Positions 19,901 through 29,600 of a stretch of DNA of 64,000 nucleotides are shown here, piece by piece (position 1 is the first letter of the stretch; each line of letters starts with the position of its first letter). This DNA comes from Planctomicrobium piriforme. GTDB taxonomy: Bacteria; Planctomycetota; Planctomycetia; Planctomycetales; Planctomycetaceae. Under the pieces are notes generated by a model, which was not told the DNA's origin, did no database searches, and saw only the letters and a list, made by a program, of their open reading frames with translations. The stretch is from NCBI GenBank assembly GCA_945861445.1, contig CAMAVF010000001.1:4174-68173 (forward strand). The letters run 5' to 3'. The position numbers and the translations under genes are program-made.

Positions 19901-21117
19901 CGGTGATTCGTTCGTTGCTGGATCACCTGCCGCGACTAGGACTGTTCCGCGAAAGCTGGCAGTTGCTGAAGACGGCCCAGAAGATGGAACGCTACTCACC
20001 CCCCGCGGGGACGGTCATCACGGAATTCGACCGTTTGTTCCATGCGGCCTTCAATGCCGCACTGGAAGGGCTAATGCAGCACGCGCGGCACTGGCCCGCC
20101 GAGCAACTGGCCGACAACCAACTGGTCAGCGTCGTCAGCGGGTTGACCGAGTATTACCACGCGTTGTGGATCGAGCACAGCGACACGATGCGACTGTCGA
20201 CATTGGAAGCCTTTGAAGATCCCTCCAACTGGAAGGAGATCAAAGAGTTCATCAAAAAGTACGGCTCGGAATTCTTCCACGCCCAGATGCTGACCTTCGG
20301 CAACCTGCGGGCCATTCTGCACAACGGGGTCAGCGAGTTCCTCGAGTATCTGTCTCAAAACGACGATCCCTTGAAGCCGAACAAACTGCTGGCCGATCTG
20401 GATTCCGGCAAGATCGCGATTGATGAAGCGGTGTTCTTCCTGGAGCTCATCTTCCGGGCGACCGTCGAAAAATACGATCGCTTCCTGGAATACAACACGA
20501 CCACGACACAGTCCGATTACGGCGAGCAGTTCTTCAGCCTGCTGGATTTCCTGCGGTTGGAAGCGCAGTACGAACGCCATGCATGGGACTGCAGCCCGTT
20601 GGTCGCTGCGCACGAAGTGTTGATCCGCGAAGGCCGAGCCAGCGAAGCCTCCATGTGGCGCGGGCTGTTCGAGATGCGGACGACCGAAATTGCCAAGGAA
20701 CTGCTGCAGGACTTGAAGAAACTCGAAAAGCAATACGGCATGCGGTTGCCCGGCATCACCGATCTGTTGAACGAAAAATTCGTCAAGCCGCTGGCGTTGG
20801 ACGAGTTGCTGGCATTGGTCCCCGAAGCGATGAAAGATGCCCGTGACCGTCGCCGCCCGTCGGAGAGTTTCAATAAGCTTCTGAAACTGGTGCAGAACTA
20901 TTTGGATACGTCGACCGGATCTGGGTTGGAGATCCCCCCGTGGTTGCGAGACTTGGAAGACGAAATCGCGGCCTTCGATCATCACGGCGATCCCCCCGAA
21001 GACAACAACGATTTCCGGCTGACGGTGCCGCTGGTGCCGATTCCCCTGGAAGAACTCGATCGCCAGTTTGAGATCTGGGAAACGCCGATCAAGAAGCCGC
21101 GGAAGAAGAAGTCGTAA
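16996..21117 (+). CDS. Large (about 1,345-1,373 aa) predicted all-helical protein of unknown function
   Basis: This is an uninterrupted 4.1-kb ORF. The start is uncertain (GTG 16996, ATG 17053 or ATG 17083). It contains an acidic tract, RPDEDERPRDDDEDDDDELFD. I found no Walker, HExxH, signal-peptide or TM motifs. Confidence 0.75.
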   Translation: MSVECTVPMRDSGPGRCCGMLFVKNGSVSMSVSGSNPLAAALTPDDDLALQGVLGYLNFASGKPDPKFQGYLNQLHARLGVGHWKELAAVLRNALQRFVGTSAVFSNIEQATQVLNLVFDEVAPAYRKFHADLLFQLSDGDYEVPFFLARLCEATLAQGGPWDETERIVQGALTQLNDFIGHRPVAMLENGQAMQPYRHERFRPIPIYLAGVGVAVGPYQEILERVIRHLKETPSAVLEDAHFHMEQLDEIALDPRAYDHQHPVFKRTNYMFGEWDPHQIDNKGRYRRFVLRSVVLGALLDWMRIVDKLPPDEVIYEAAAVLCGTMLMASTISGSGPHTYDSTVSLGTLLSKVARQRDAFYARLLETVTGKHADRLKKESHQAKQPFGKVRQHLNLFVANNGSKQVQYGHLSYLFARMGFPDAAREQALMIPANAARFECELEWRLTSAHLLLDRGDIVAAAGLLPEIEDWLHRGIDCGALADPWNILGFQGNFPLFHAREDTVVDPRIEKMLYLIDQILVLDARVVSEAAADGQRILREKLSYNCRKFAEWWDQFASSTVSGLPEVKALESFESANQVADALAEWHAAGEAAGDISFWRQHVHKFETAKAYALVLDVLLSKQDTVAAMALLIQWLSQADLVGLESGSYSFHNLIFRWLRLLLRIDPKNVAVGTQPDQAAENLQRFQKAWPIIVRLFDYMEANAGDYWSVPTLEIVLPRMQRPDEDERPRDDDEDDDDELFDAAYENVVFRDSAKDGHEGSTMDTGRSSFDTDLDTLAQRLDGRLKFQVTLSRLWQIASATYATVKIQASKTGQMDSAAVLAPEMVDSLRSWYTRSQEVQLELQRLMQEVWKLDLVKPSGDHDSLVEYDRQLQLKFNLMSGIIFTHVGCHEATWHLASCLPEQTPTEGLAEWEPLTITIYRSILRGEPAAVREQLPHLVQKLSHIPLLYVPLDQGGDPERILRTRTLQTVIRSLLDHLPRLGLFRESWQLLKTAQKMERYSPPAGTVITEFDRLFHAAFNAALEGLMQHARHWPAEQLADNQLVSVVSGLTEYYHALWIEHSDTMRLSTLEAFEDPSNWKEIKEFIKKYGSEFFHAQMLTFGNLRAILHNGVSEFLEYLSQNDDPLKPNKLLADLDSGKIAIDEAVFFLELIFRATVEKYDRFLEYNTTTTQSDYGEQFFSLLDFLRLEAQYERHAWDCSPLVAAHEVLIREGRASEASMWRGLFEMRTTEIAKELLQDLKKLEKQYGMRLPGITDLLNEKFVKPLALDELLALVPEAMKDARDRRRPSESFNKLLKLVQNYLDTSTGSGLEIPPWLRDLEDEIAAFDHHGDPPEDNNDFRLTVPLVPIPLEELDRQFEIWETPIKKPRKKKS

Positions 21118-21122
21118 CCGCC

Positions 21123-22094
21123 ATGCATATTCGCGACGGATTCCTGACTCCCGATGTGTGTCTCGGCACCGGCCTGTTGGCCGTAGGGGCGTTGGCCTGG
21201 AGTGTCCGGCAGTTGAGGAACTCGCTGGCCGATCGCACGGTGCCACTGACCGGGATGACGGCGTCGCTGATTTTTGCCGGTCAAATGGTCAATTTCGCAT
21301 TGCCGCCGCTGCCCGTTTCGGGACATTTACTGGGGGGAGTACTGGCCGCCGCACTGCTGGGTCCGTGGGCGGGATGCATCGCCATTTCGCTGGTGCTGTT
21401 CATCCAACTGGCTCTGTTCTATGACGGTGGCTGGACCGTGTTGGGGGCGAATATCGTCAACATGGGCATCGTCGGGACGTGGGGCGGATATGCGATTTAC
21501 ACGGCCCTCAGAAACCTGCTGGGGACTGCGCGGCGAGGCACACTGATCGCAGCGTTCGTCGCGTCGTGGCTGAGTGTCCTCGCGGCAGCGACGGTGTTTT
21601 GCGTGGAGTTCTGGGTCTCGCATCGTGGGACGGGATACGAGTTCTCGCAAGTCTTCGGCTGGATGGTCTTCCTGCACTGCCTGATCGGCATTGGTGAGGG
21701 GTTGATCACGGCGATGGTGCTGGGGTTCGTCCTCGTGCAACGGCCCGATCTGCTGGCACCCCGGACGGCCACGCCGACGGTCCTGTCAGGTGTCGGCCGG
21801 TTCGCGTTTGCGGGCATCATTGCAGCGCTAGGCGTCGCGTCGTTCCTGGCACCGTTTGCATCGGAATACGCCGATGGTCTGGAAGCGGCGGCAAAACGGA
21901 CCGGATTTTTTGACCTCGGACGGGTAACGAAGGTGCTGATTCTGGACGAATACCAGATTCCCGCGCTACAAAACTACCCCAGCCTGAGTACGGCGGTTGC
22001 CGGGATCATCGGCACGCTGGTCGTGCTGGCGGCGGCGTGGGGATTCAGCGCCCTGGTGAAGCGATCCGGAACCGCTACATCGTCGAAAGGGTAA
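21123..22094 (+). CDS. cbiM: CbiM/NikM-type metal (Co/Ni) ECF transporter substrate component fused to a PDGLE-like C-terminal domain
   Basis: MHIRDGFLTPDV at the N-terminus, VPLTGMTASLIFAGQMVNF, GHLLGGVLAA and multiple TM helices match CbiM. The C-terminal SEYADGLEAAAKRTGF..IPAL plus a final TM resembles the PDGLE/CbiN-like module. Confidence 0.8.
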   Translation: MHIRDGFLTPDVCLGTGLLAVGALAWSVRQLRNSLADRTVPLTGMTASLIFAGQMVNFALPPLPVSGHLLGGVLAAALLGPWAGCIAISLVLFIQLALFYDGGWTVLGANIVNMGIVGTWGGYAIYTALRNLLGTARRGTLIAAFVASWLSVLAAATVFCVEFWVSHRGTGYEFSQVFGWMVFLHCLIGIGEGLITAMVLGFVLVQRPDLLAPRTATPTVLSGVGRFAFAGIIAALGVASFLAPFASEYADGLEAAAKRTGFFDLGRVTKVLILDEYQIPALQNYPSLSTAVAGIIGTLVVLAAAWGFSALVKRSGTATSSKG

Positions 22095-22212
22095 GGGACG
22101 CGACGCATCAATCAGCGACGTTGTGCGGGCGGCCCAACCTGCTCTACGGCCTGGGAAGCCCGTCCTATATCTCGACGGTGATTGATGCCCCGAACCAACG
22201 ACGTGATCCAAC

Positions 22213-23103
22213 ATGCCTGCTGAATTGGTACGAGTGACGACCGAGGATCAACTCTGGCTGGAGGGTGCGTTGTATCGGCCTCATGCATCGGTCCCGGCAG
22301 CATCGCCCATCGATGCCTGCCTGTTGGTGCATGGGACCGGCAGCAACTTCTACGCTCCAGGAGTTCTCGAAGCGTTTGCAGATCAGGCGACGGCCGTTGG
22401 CGTCGCAGCATTACGGATCAACACTCGAGGCCACGACGGAATCAGTTCGATCCCCGGTCCAAAACGATCCATTCGCGGCGGGGCCACCTACGAGCACGTC
22501 GCCGACTGCATTTTCGATCTGCATGCGGGAATCGAGTTCTTGTTGTCCCAGGGTTATACCCGGTTGGCGCTGGTCGGACACAGCATGGGGGGCGTGAAGT
22601 CAGCTTATACGCTCGCCCATCGCAATCACCCTGCCGTTCGAGCCTTGGTGATGATCTCATCCCCGCGATTCAATCATGCCTGGTTCATGGCCCATCCCAC
22701 GGCGAATGACTTTCGGGACGCGTACCAGCGGGCACAAATCGCCGTGCAGGAAGGACGTCCGAACGAACTGATCCCGATGACGCAACCCATGCCGTTCCTC
22801 GCCACGGCCGCCGGGATCCTCGACAAGTACGGCCCCGAGGGCCATTACGATTGGACTCACTTGCTGCCCCGAGTCGAGTGCCCGGTGTTGTACATCCTGG
22901 GCACCGAATCACCCCGCCAGTCGATTGGTTTCGATGGCGTTCCCGCCGTGATGGCAGAACTCGCCCGAGAAAACATCAACCTGCACCTGTCGCTCGTCGA
23001 GGACGCGAACATCAACTACACCGGCCAACACTTGGTCCCGTTTGAACGGACGTGGGCCTGGTTGCAGGCAGGTCATCAGGGACCGAACCCTGACGACCGG
23101 TGA
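22213..23103 (+). CDS. Alpha/beta-fold hydrolase
   Basis: The nucleophile elbow is LVGHSMGG. Size and pattern are typical of the fold. Confidence 0.7.
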   Translation: MPAELVRVTTEDQLWLEGALYRPHASVPAASPIDACLLVHGTGSNFYAPGVLEAFADQATAVGVAALRINTRGHDGISSIPGPKRSIRGGATYEHVADCIFDLHAGIEFLLSQGYTRLALVGHSMGGVKSAYTLAHRNHPAVRALVMISSPRFNHAWFMAHPTANDFRDAYQRAQIAVQEGRPNELIPMTQPMPFLATAAGILDKYGPEGHYDWTHLLPRVECPVLYILGTESPRQSIGFDGVPAVMAELARENINLHLSLVEDANINYTGQHLVPFERTWAWLQAGHQGPNPDDR

Positions 23104-23184
23104 ATAACCAGAAGGATCACGTCGGGTTCAATACGAATCAAGGGACTCAAAGAACCAACAGGACGTAAGAATTTGCAACACCCG

Positions 23185-23919
23185 CTACGGCGCTTCCGGC
23201 TTCCGTCCGATGAAGATGTAATACGGCACACGGGAAAACGGCACGTAGGGAATCCGTGCCCGGTGTTCGCTGACCTTCACTGGAATAAAGTGCCGGTGCA
23301 GATAGGGCAGGTGATCGGGGGACGGAAACACGTTGTCGAACCGGAACCAGTTCGGCCAGAATGTCGACGTCAGCCACGAATGCTTGGCGCGCCCGGTATC
23401 GGGATATTTTCTGGACACGTAAAAATCAACCACGCCGATCAAGCCCCCCGGTTTGAGCATCTTGTAAGCCTGGTCAATCGCGGCGAACCAGTCGGGGATC
23501 ATCGTCAGTGAATACGAAAAAGTGACGAGGTCGACCGGTTGCGACGGCGTCCATGTGGTGGCATCCGTTTCCACCGTGCTGACGTTGGTCCACCCACGGG
23601 CCTTAATCCGTTCCTGGGCCACTTTGAGCAGCGAACTCGACAGGTCAACCAACTGCAGTTGCTCGAACTTGGCGATCCGATCTCCCAGGAATTCCAGGTT
23701 GGCCCCCGTGCCGCCCCCCATGTCGACCGCTCGGTCCCCGTCTTTCACCGGCAACGCTTCCCACATATCGCGCCGACCCTGCAGCAGTCGCAGGCGGAAG
23801 TCGTCGTAGCCTTCCGCCTGTTTACCGTAAAAACTCTCCAGACGCTCGGAATGTGTCTTACCGCGGATCGGACTGACGGCCATGTGCCAGAGAATCTTTA
23901 GATCCGAGGTAAACGACAT
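23185..23919 (-). CDS. Class I SAM-dependent methyltransferase (possibly BtaB-like lipid N-methyltransferase)
   Basis: Motif I is AVDMGGGTGANLEFL. FYGKQAEGYDDFRLRLLQGRRDMW and the C-terminal FWPNWFRFDNVF recall BtaB-type enzymes. The specific function is uncertain. Confidence 0.7.
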   Translation of the reverse strand: MSFTSDLKILWHMAVSPIRGKTHSERLESFYGKQAEGYDDFRLRLLQGRRDMWEALPVKDGDRAVDMGGGTGANLEFLGDRIAKFEQLQLVDLSSSLLKVAQERIKARGWTNVSTVETDATTWTPSQPVDLVTFSYSLTMIPDWFAAIDQAYKMLKPGGLIGVVDFYVSRKYPDTGRAKHSWLTSTFWPNWFRFDNVFPSPDHLPYLHRHFIPVKVSEHRARIPYVPFSRVPYYIFIGRKPEAP

Positions 23920-23959
23920 GCGGACATTCCTTGATAACTGACTTTGTTTGCTTGAGATG

Positions 23960-24040
23960 CCCTAACAAAACCAGTTGTGGGAAGTACAGAACCGCGATAT
24001 TTCATGCGGTTCTGTACTGACGCAGAGGTTTTGTTAGAGC
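23960..24040. repeat. Family B nested-hairpin element, copy B2
   Basis: The sequence is CCCTAACAAAACCAGTTGTGGGAAGTACAGAACCGCG..GCGGTTCTGTACTGACGCAGAGGTTTTGTTAGAGC. Confidence 0.9.
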
Positions 24041-24328
24041 TTATCACGACGATGGTCCTCGCAGCAGAATTCTTACGCATTCGGCGTCAGATAGGTAGTG
24101 AATCACCCCGACAGAATCCACGCGGTGCGTAGGTTTGCACATCTGGGGAAGCTGCGATAACCTTGCGTCGGGAATGACGAATGTCTAATGACTAATGTCT
24201 AAAATGGATTCGTGGTGACGTCGGATGACGGTCTAGCCATTAGGATTTGGATATGAGTCGTTCTTTCGACATTTGTCATTTGCCCTAACCACCCTGCCTC
24301 GCACAACACACGCAATTATCAGGAAAAC

Positions 24329-25147
24329 ATGTCACAGACACCTCGATTGTTGGAAGGGCAGGTTGCCCTGGTCACTGGCGCTGGCCGTGGCTTGGGACGC
24401 GCGTTCGCCGAATGCCTCGCCGCATTGGGCTGCAAGATCGGCGTGCATGGGATGCGGGAAGCAGGGCCGTCCGAATTTGGTGAAGGGACGACGCTGACCG
24501 AAACGGCTGCCGAAATCGCCAAGGAATTCGGCGTCAAAACCATCCGCGTACTCGGTGACCTGACCGTCAGCGACCAGGTCGAACGGGTCGTGCAGACGGT
24601 CACTCAGGAACTGGGTCCCATCGAGATCCTCGTCCACAGCGCGGGCGGCGACATCGCCGCTGCCGGGGGCAAGCCCAATCCGAACGATGCGGTCATGATC
24701 AAGGAAGTCGACATCCGCAGCGTCATGGACCGCAACGTCTTGAGCACCATTCTGACCTGCCAACATGTCGCCCGCGGCATGATGGAACGGAAGAGTGGCC
24801 GCATTATCACGATCGGGTCGATCTCGGCCTTCTTCGGCCACGAGAATTCGGCCATCTATGGAACTGCCAAGGCGGCGGCGACCGAATACACGCGGTGCCT
24901 CGCCGCCCAACTGCGACCGTACAATATTACGGCAAACGTATTGGCTCCGGGCGACACGCGAACCGGACGATTTTTGGGGACACGGAAGGTGGACGAAACC
25001 CGAATGGTCACCGCAGGCACCTTGAACCGCATCGCCCTGGTGGATGAGGTCTCGCGCGTGGTCGAATTCTTCGCCGGTCCGCTGGGACAATTCGTGACGG
25101 GTGAGGTCTTGCGAGTGGACGGCGGCAGCCAGATTTGGGCTTCGTAA
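24329..25147 (+). CDS. SDR-family oxidoreductase
   Basis: TGAGRGLG is the dinucleotide motif. The YGTAKAA (YxxxK) catalytic motif is present. The protein is 272 aa. Confidence 0.85.
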   Translation: MSQTPRLLEGQVALVTGAGRGLGRAFAECLAALGCKIGVHGMREAGPSEFGEGTTLTETAAEIAKEFGVKTIRVLGDLTVSDQVERVVQTVTQELGPIEILVHSAGGDIAAAGGKPNPNDAVMIKEVDIRSVMDRNVLSTILTCQHVARGMMERKSGRIITIGSISAFFGHENSAIYGTAKAAATEYTRCLAAQLRPYNITANVLAPGDTRTGRFLGTRKVDETRMVTAGTLNRIALVDEVSRVVEFFAGPLGQFVTGEVLRVDGGSQIWAS

Positions 25148-25163
25148 GTACAAGGATTGCAGC

Positions 25164-26459
25164 ATGGAGAGTTCTGAACCCAGTCGTCTGGAACAAGCCT
25201 TCGAACGGGGCTTGGCGCCGGGGGGCAAACTCTCGGACGAACTGGGGGCATTGGGCGATTACCCGCTCGAAACGATCGCGGATGCCCGTGCGGTCGTCGA
25301 AGCCTTGCGCCTCTATGCCGACCAGTCAAGACTTGCTCCGACTGGCGGCATTGGCGACTGCGGTTGCTCGCCGCTGCACCCGCTGGCCTCGTTGTTCCAG
25401 GAAGCGGAAACGGACGAAGCTTATCTGGTTCTGGAAACCTACGGACTCCCGATTCTGCTGGAAATCTTCGATCAGCGGCTGCCGTTGGCGATTGCGGATG
25501 AAGGCGAAGACCTGATCTTCATCCTGAAGGTTTTTGTCATCTATCGTTACGAACCGGGCATGCAGCGGATCGTTGCCGCGCTGCGCCAACCGCTCGACCA
25601 TGATTTGTATGTCTGGGGCGTGCTGTTCGAAACGGTCCACGACGAGCATCCCGACCGGCAATTGATCTGTAATCAACTACGCAATCCCCTGCCAACGGGA
25701 TTTGCCGGAGTCGCCTACCTGGATCTCGTCAATCGCCTGGCCAGTCATGGAGAGGCCCAACCCCATCCATTCGATACTCTGGAAGGGATCGAACTCCTGC
25801 GGCAATGGGCGTCGAGCGAACGAGCGGAAGAATCGAGTTATGCCCAAAGCGTGGCTCACGCGATTCCGTTTCTGGCTCTGCCCGAACGGGATGAAGTCCT
25901 CCAAGTCTTGCTGTATCACGAAGATCAACTGGTCGTGGTCGACGCCGCTGCGGCCGCCGCGAAATTGGGTCGCGAAGACGGTTTTCAAAAGTTGGCAGAA
26001 CTATGCACTGACGCGAGTGTCAGCTATTTCGCCTGCCAACATCTGCGAGAAATGGGTCGTGACGAACTGATCCCGGAAAGTGCGAAGAATCCGCACTTCC
26101 AAGCGGTTGCGGAATTCTGTGCCTGGCTGACCCTGCCCGATGCCTATGGCGAAATCCCCGACGAGGTGGAGATCCTTGACCATCGGATCGCCGCCTGGCC
26201 GCCAACGAACGACACGCGACCCTTGTGGTTGATCAAGTACACCTACGCGGCCGATCCGACCGACCCCGAAGATTACCCGGAAACAGGCATCGGTATGGTG
26301 GGTTCGGAAACGGGCGTGCTGTTCGACGAGACGACCCCGGATCACACGCCGGAAGAAATCTACGCCCTCCATTGTTGCTGGGAATTGCAGCAACAGGGAG
26401 ATGAACGGGCGCCGGAAGAGTTGAGTATTGAAGTGGGAACGAAGTTGTTGGGGTGGTAA
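25164..26459 (+). CDS. Hypothetical protein (431 aa), likely co-transcribed with the SDR gene
   Basis: The ATG at 25164 lies 14 nt after the SDR stop codon. The longer ORF from 25101 would overlap the SDR gene. The composition is helical and acidic, and I recognise no motif. Confidence 0.6.
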   Translation: MESSEPSRLEQAFERGLAPGGKLSDELGALGDYPLETIADARAVVEALRLYADQSRLAPTGGIGDCGCSPLHPLASLFQEAETDEAYLVLETYGLPILLEIFDQRLPLAIADEGEDLIFILKVFVIYRYEPGMQRIVAALRQPLDHDLYVWGVLFETVHDEHPDRQLICNQLRNPLPTGFAGVAYLDLVNRLASHGEAQPHPFDTLEGIELLRQWASSERAEESSYAQSVAHAIPFLALPERDEVLQVLLYHEDQLVVVDAAAAAAKLGREDGFQKLAELCTDASVSYFACQHLREMGRDELIPESAKNPHFQAVAEFCAWLTLPDAYGEIPDEVEILDHRIAAWPPTNDTRPLWLIKYTYAADPTDPEDYPETGIGMVGSETGVLFDETTPDHTPEEIYALHCCWELQQQGDERAPEELSIEVGTKLLGW

Positions 26460-26467
26460 TTGCCTGT

Positions 26468-26535
26468 CATAAGTCCCATGTGTTCCATAAGTCCTATCAG
26501 AATTCATGGGACGCATGGGACGGATGGGACTTATG
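26468..26535. repeat. Family C array (ATGGGAC-type octamers in inverted clusters), copy C3
   Basis: The sequence is CATAAGTCCCATGTGTTCCATAAGTCCTATCAGAATTCATGGGACGCATGGGACGGATGGGACTTATG. Confidence 0.85.
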
Positions 26536-26550
26536 TCGATGCACCCCAAT

Positions 26551-26578
26551 CCCTTTCAGTCCTTTTCGTCCCTTGAAC
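26551..26578. repeat. Family D short array (GTCCTTT-type units), copy D5
   Basis: CCCTTTCAGTCCTTTTCGTCCCTTGAAC lies next to C3. Confidence 0.6.
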
Positions 26579-26689
26579 ATCCAATACCAAACGCAGCCAA
26601 ACCGGTCTCCCACCGTTTGGGGAGTTTGGGTAAACTGCTGCCCGGGCTGATGCCCATTGAAGAACGGCCCATGGATGGGGGATCGGACG

Positions 26690-29600
26690 ATGTTTCGTCA
26701 CGGATGGCTGATAGTCTTTGTCTTGCTGGGTTTTGCGGGCTCTGTGACGCACGCGGCCGACGATTTTGTGGACCGGAAACAGTCTGCCGCGCCGACTCCT
26801 CTGCAAGACGATGCGGCCCTGCACGATATCCAATTCATCAAATCGCAAACTGGCTGGGCCGTCGGCGATCAGGGCGTGATCTGGAAGACTGTCGATGCGG
26901 GCAGCACTTGGGAATTGCAGCAGTCCGGGGTGAAATGTGCCCTGCGGTCGGTCTGTTTTCTGACTGATCGCGTGGGGTGGATCGCGGGTGGCGAGAGTGT
27001 CCCATACGCGCATCAAGGTGTCGGGGTACTGCTGGCCACCACCGACGGCGGTACGACCTGGCAGACCGTTGGCGGCCCCGATCTGCCGGAACTGCATCGA
27101 GTCAAATTCTTTACGCTGACACATGGCATCATAGTCGGTGAGCCGAATTCACGGTGCTCGTCAGGCGTAATGCAGACGACCGATGGCGGCAAGACGTGGC
27201 AGTCGGCTGTCGGCGAATCGTTGGGAAGCTGGCGTGCGGCCGATTTTCTAAGCCCTCAACAGGGCGCGGTGGCCGGCTTGCGTGGCCAGCATGCTCTGTA
27301 CGGCAACGGCCGGGTGGGGAAAACCAAATTGGGCAGTCTGGGCCTGCGCGGCCTCTATGGACTCAAACTGCTCACTGGCGGCGAAGGCTGGCTGGTGGGC
27401 GATGGCGGATTGATTCTGCATCTGGAACAGGGCAGCATTGTCTGGCAGTCTCCCGCTACCTCACCGCCGCGCGAAGTGCGTGATCTGTTTGACTTCCGAG
27501 CAGTCGCGGTCCGCGGAAAAAAGGTCTGGATTGCCGGCGACCCCGGAACGGTCGTCTGGCATTCACCGGATGCGGGCGAGACTTGGGAACGACACTCGAC
27601 ACGGCAAACACTTCCGATTGCCGCTCTGAGTTTCCCGTCGGACGATTGCGGTTGGGCCGTCGGTGCCTTGGGAACAATCCTGCAGTCGACCGATGGGGGA
27701 ACGACCTGGCTGGCGGTCCGCGGAGCCAATCGGCGAATGGCCTATTTGACGGCTCACAGCCAATTGGATCACGTGTCAATCCCCATGATCACGAAGGTGT
27801 CTGGTGAGACCGGCTTCCGGGGCCTGATCAGCGTGCTGCCTCGCCACGATATCGGAACCGAGCGAGAGCAGTCTCGCGAACTGGATCTGAAGCTGTCCGA
27901 AGCGGTCATGCTGGCGGGAGGCTCCGCGGCGACTGTCGGGTGGCGCTTGCCATTGGATATTCCAGGACTAGAAAACAGCCCTGAAAAACTCCTTGCGGAA
28001 TGGACCAAGCGTTCGGAAGGGGCGTTGCAAGGGCAATTGGTGTCGCAGTTCGTGCGTCAGTTGCGCACGTGGCGGCCGAGTGTCGTGATCCTGGATGAAT
28101 CGAACCCGCGCGATGCGGTGGGCAGACTAATCCGCGAGACGATGCTGCAGGCGATCCCGCAGGCGGCCGATCCGACCAGTCAATTGGCTCAACAGGAACT
28201 GGCCGATTTACCGGTGTGGCAAGTCGAACGGGTGTTCGTGCGGTTGCCGGCTGGCAGCACGGGGCAGGTGAATATCGAAGCGTTCGAAATCCTGCCGCGA
28301 CATGGTTGCGCGGTCCACATGGCGGCGGCGCCTGCCTTGGCTCGGCTGCAACGGGACGCCATTGCGTCCAGTGGGCGAGAAGCATTCAAATTGATCTCGT
28401 TGAAGGGTGAGACTGCCGACTACTCCGGCAAAGACTTTTTCGCCAAGCTGGCGATTTCCCCTGGAACCGCAGCCCGACGCGCGTTGCCACCGGTGGAAGA
28501 TGGCGAACTTGATCGGAAGATGAAGCTGGCCCAGGCGCAACGGGTTTTCCACGGATATATCCAACGCTTCCTGTCCGACGGCCAGCATGCTCAACAATTG
28601 TTGGCACAATTGGGTGGCGTCACTGCCGGCATGCCCGACGATCAGGCCGCCCTGTTGCTTTCTCAATTGGCTGACGCGTATCGTCGGCAGGGATCCTGGG
28701 ACCTGGCAGAAGCCACGCTGGTGGAGATGGTCGAACGGTATCCGCACCAACCGGCGGCTCAAGATGCGATGCGGTGGCTGATTCAGTTGTGGGTCGGCAC
28801 CGAGCTCACCTATCGCCGCTTGCAGGCGACCAACGTGGAACGCAAAACGATCAGCGTCGAGACTGCTGAGCTGGCGCAACGACTGCGAAACGCGGGCGCC
28901 CGGTTAGGAACCAGCGAGCAGACGGTGTCGCAGGAAATCCAGCAATTGAGCGGCAAGAATCAGGCGTTGCAGGTCGAACAGGCGCCTTTCAAAGTGGATA
29001 TCGGCCCGGGCAAAGATCTGCGGCAGGAACGAGCCAACTTGTGGCAGGACAAGGCGCGTCGCATGGCCAGCCTGTTGCAGCGGACTTCGCCCGCCTGGTT
29101 TCGCAGCCCCGAGATTCAGTTCCCCTTGGCGGCGTTGTATCGACAGCAGCAACTGGGGACAGATTCCGCCGAGTGCTATCACCGGATGATGGCGGGTGGA
29201 TACAAGACTCCCTGGCAGCAGACGGCCATGACGGAACTCTGGTTGGATCAAATGGCCGGAGTGCCCCCCAAATCGATCTACACCATGCGTGCTACTAAAC
29301 ATCCGAAACTCGACGGAATGCTCAGCGATGAGTGCTGGCAGCAAGCGGAAGAAATGGCGCTGGTGACAGATCAAACCAACGGACCATTGAAAGAACAAGC
29401 TTTCGTCCTGATGTGTCACGATCGCGAGTTCTTATATTTCGCTGGCGTCTGTCCACGCGTCCCCGGCACACCAATGGCCCTCCCCGATCACAAGGGTCGC
29501 TCGTATGACGCCGATCTGGGGGACCACGATCGGATCACTTTGATGCTGGATGTCGACCGCGACTATGTCACCTACTACCGCTTCACGATCGATCAACGTG

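Noticed and set aside
16412-23103. Could the cluster (166-aa unknown, 1,373-aa unknown, CbiM-PDGLE, hydrolase) be a phage-defence island?
   Set aside because: I found no nuclease, ATPase, helicase, TIR, SIR2 or reverse-transcriptase motifs in the large protein. No mobile-element hallmarks or obvious compositional shift are visible. I report it only as a protein of unknown function linked to a transporter.
26468-26535. Could the short tandem and inverted unit arrays (families C and D) be CRISPR arrays?
   Set aside because: The units are only 8-10 bp, directly abutting or separated by a few bases. There are no 25-40-bp unique spacers and no cas genes in the window.
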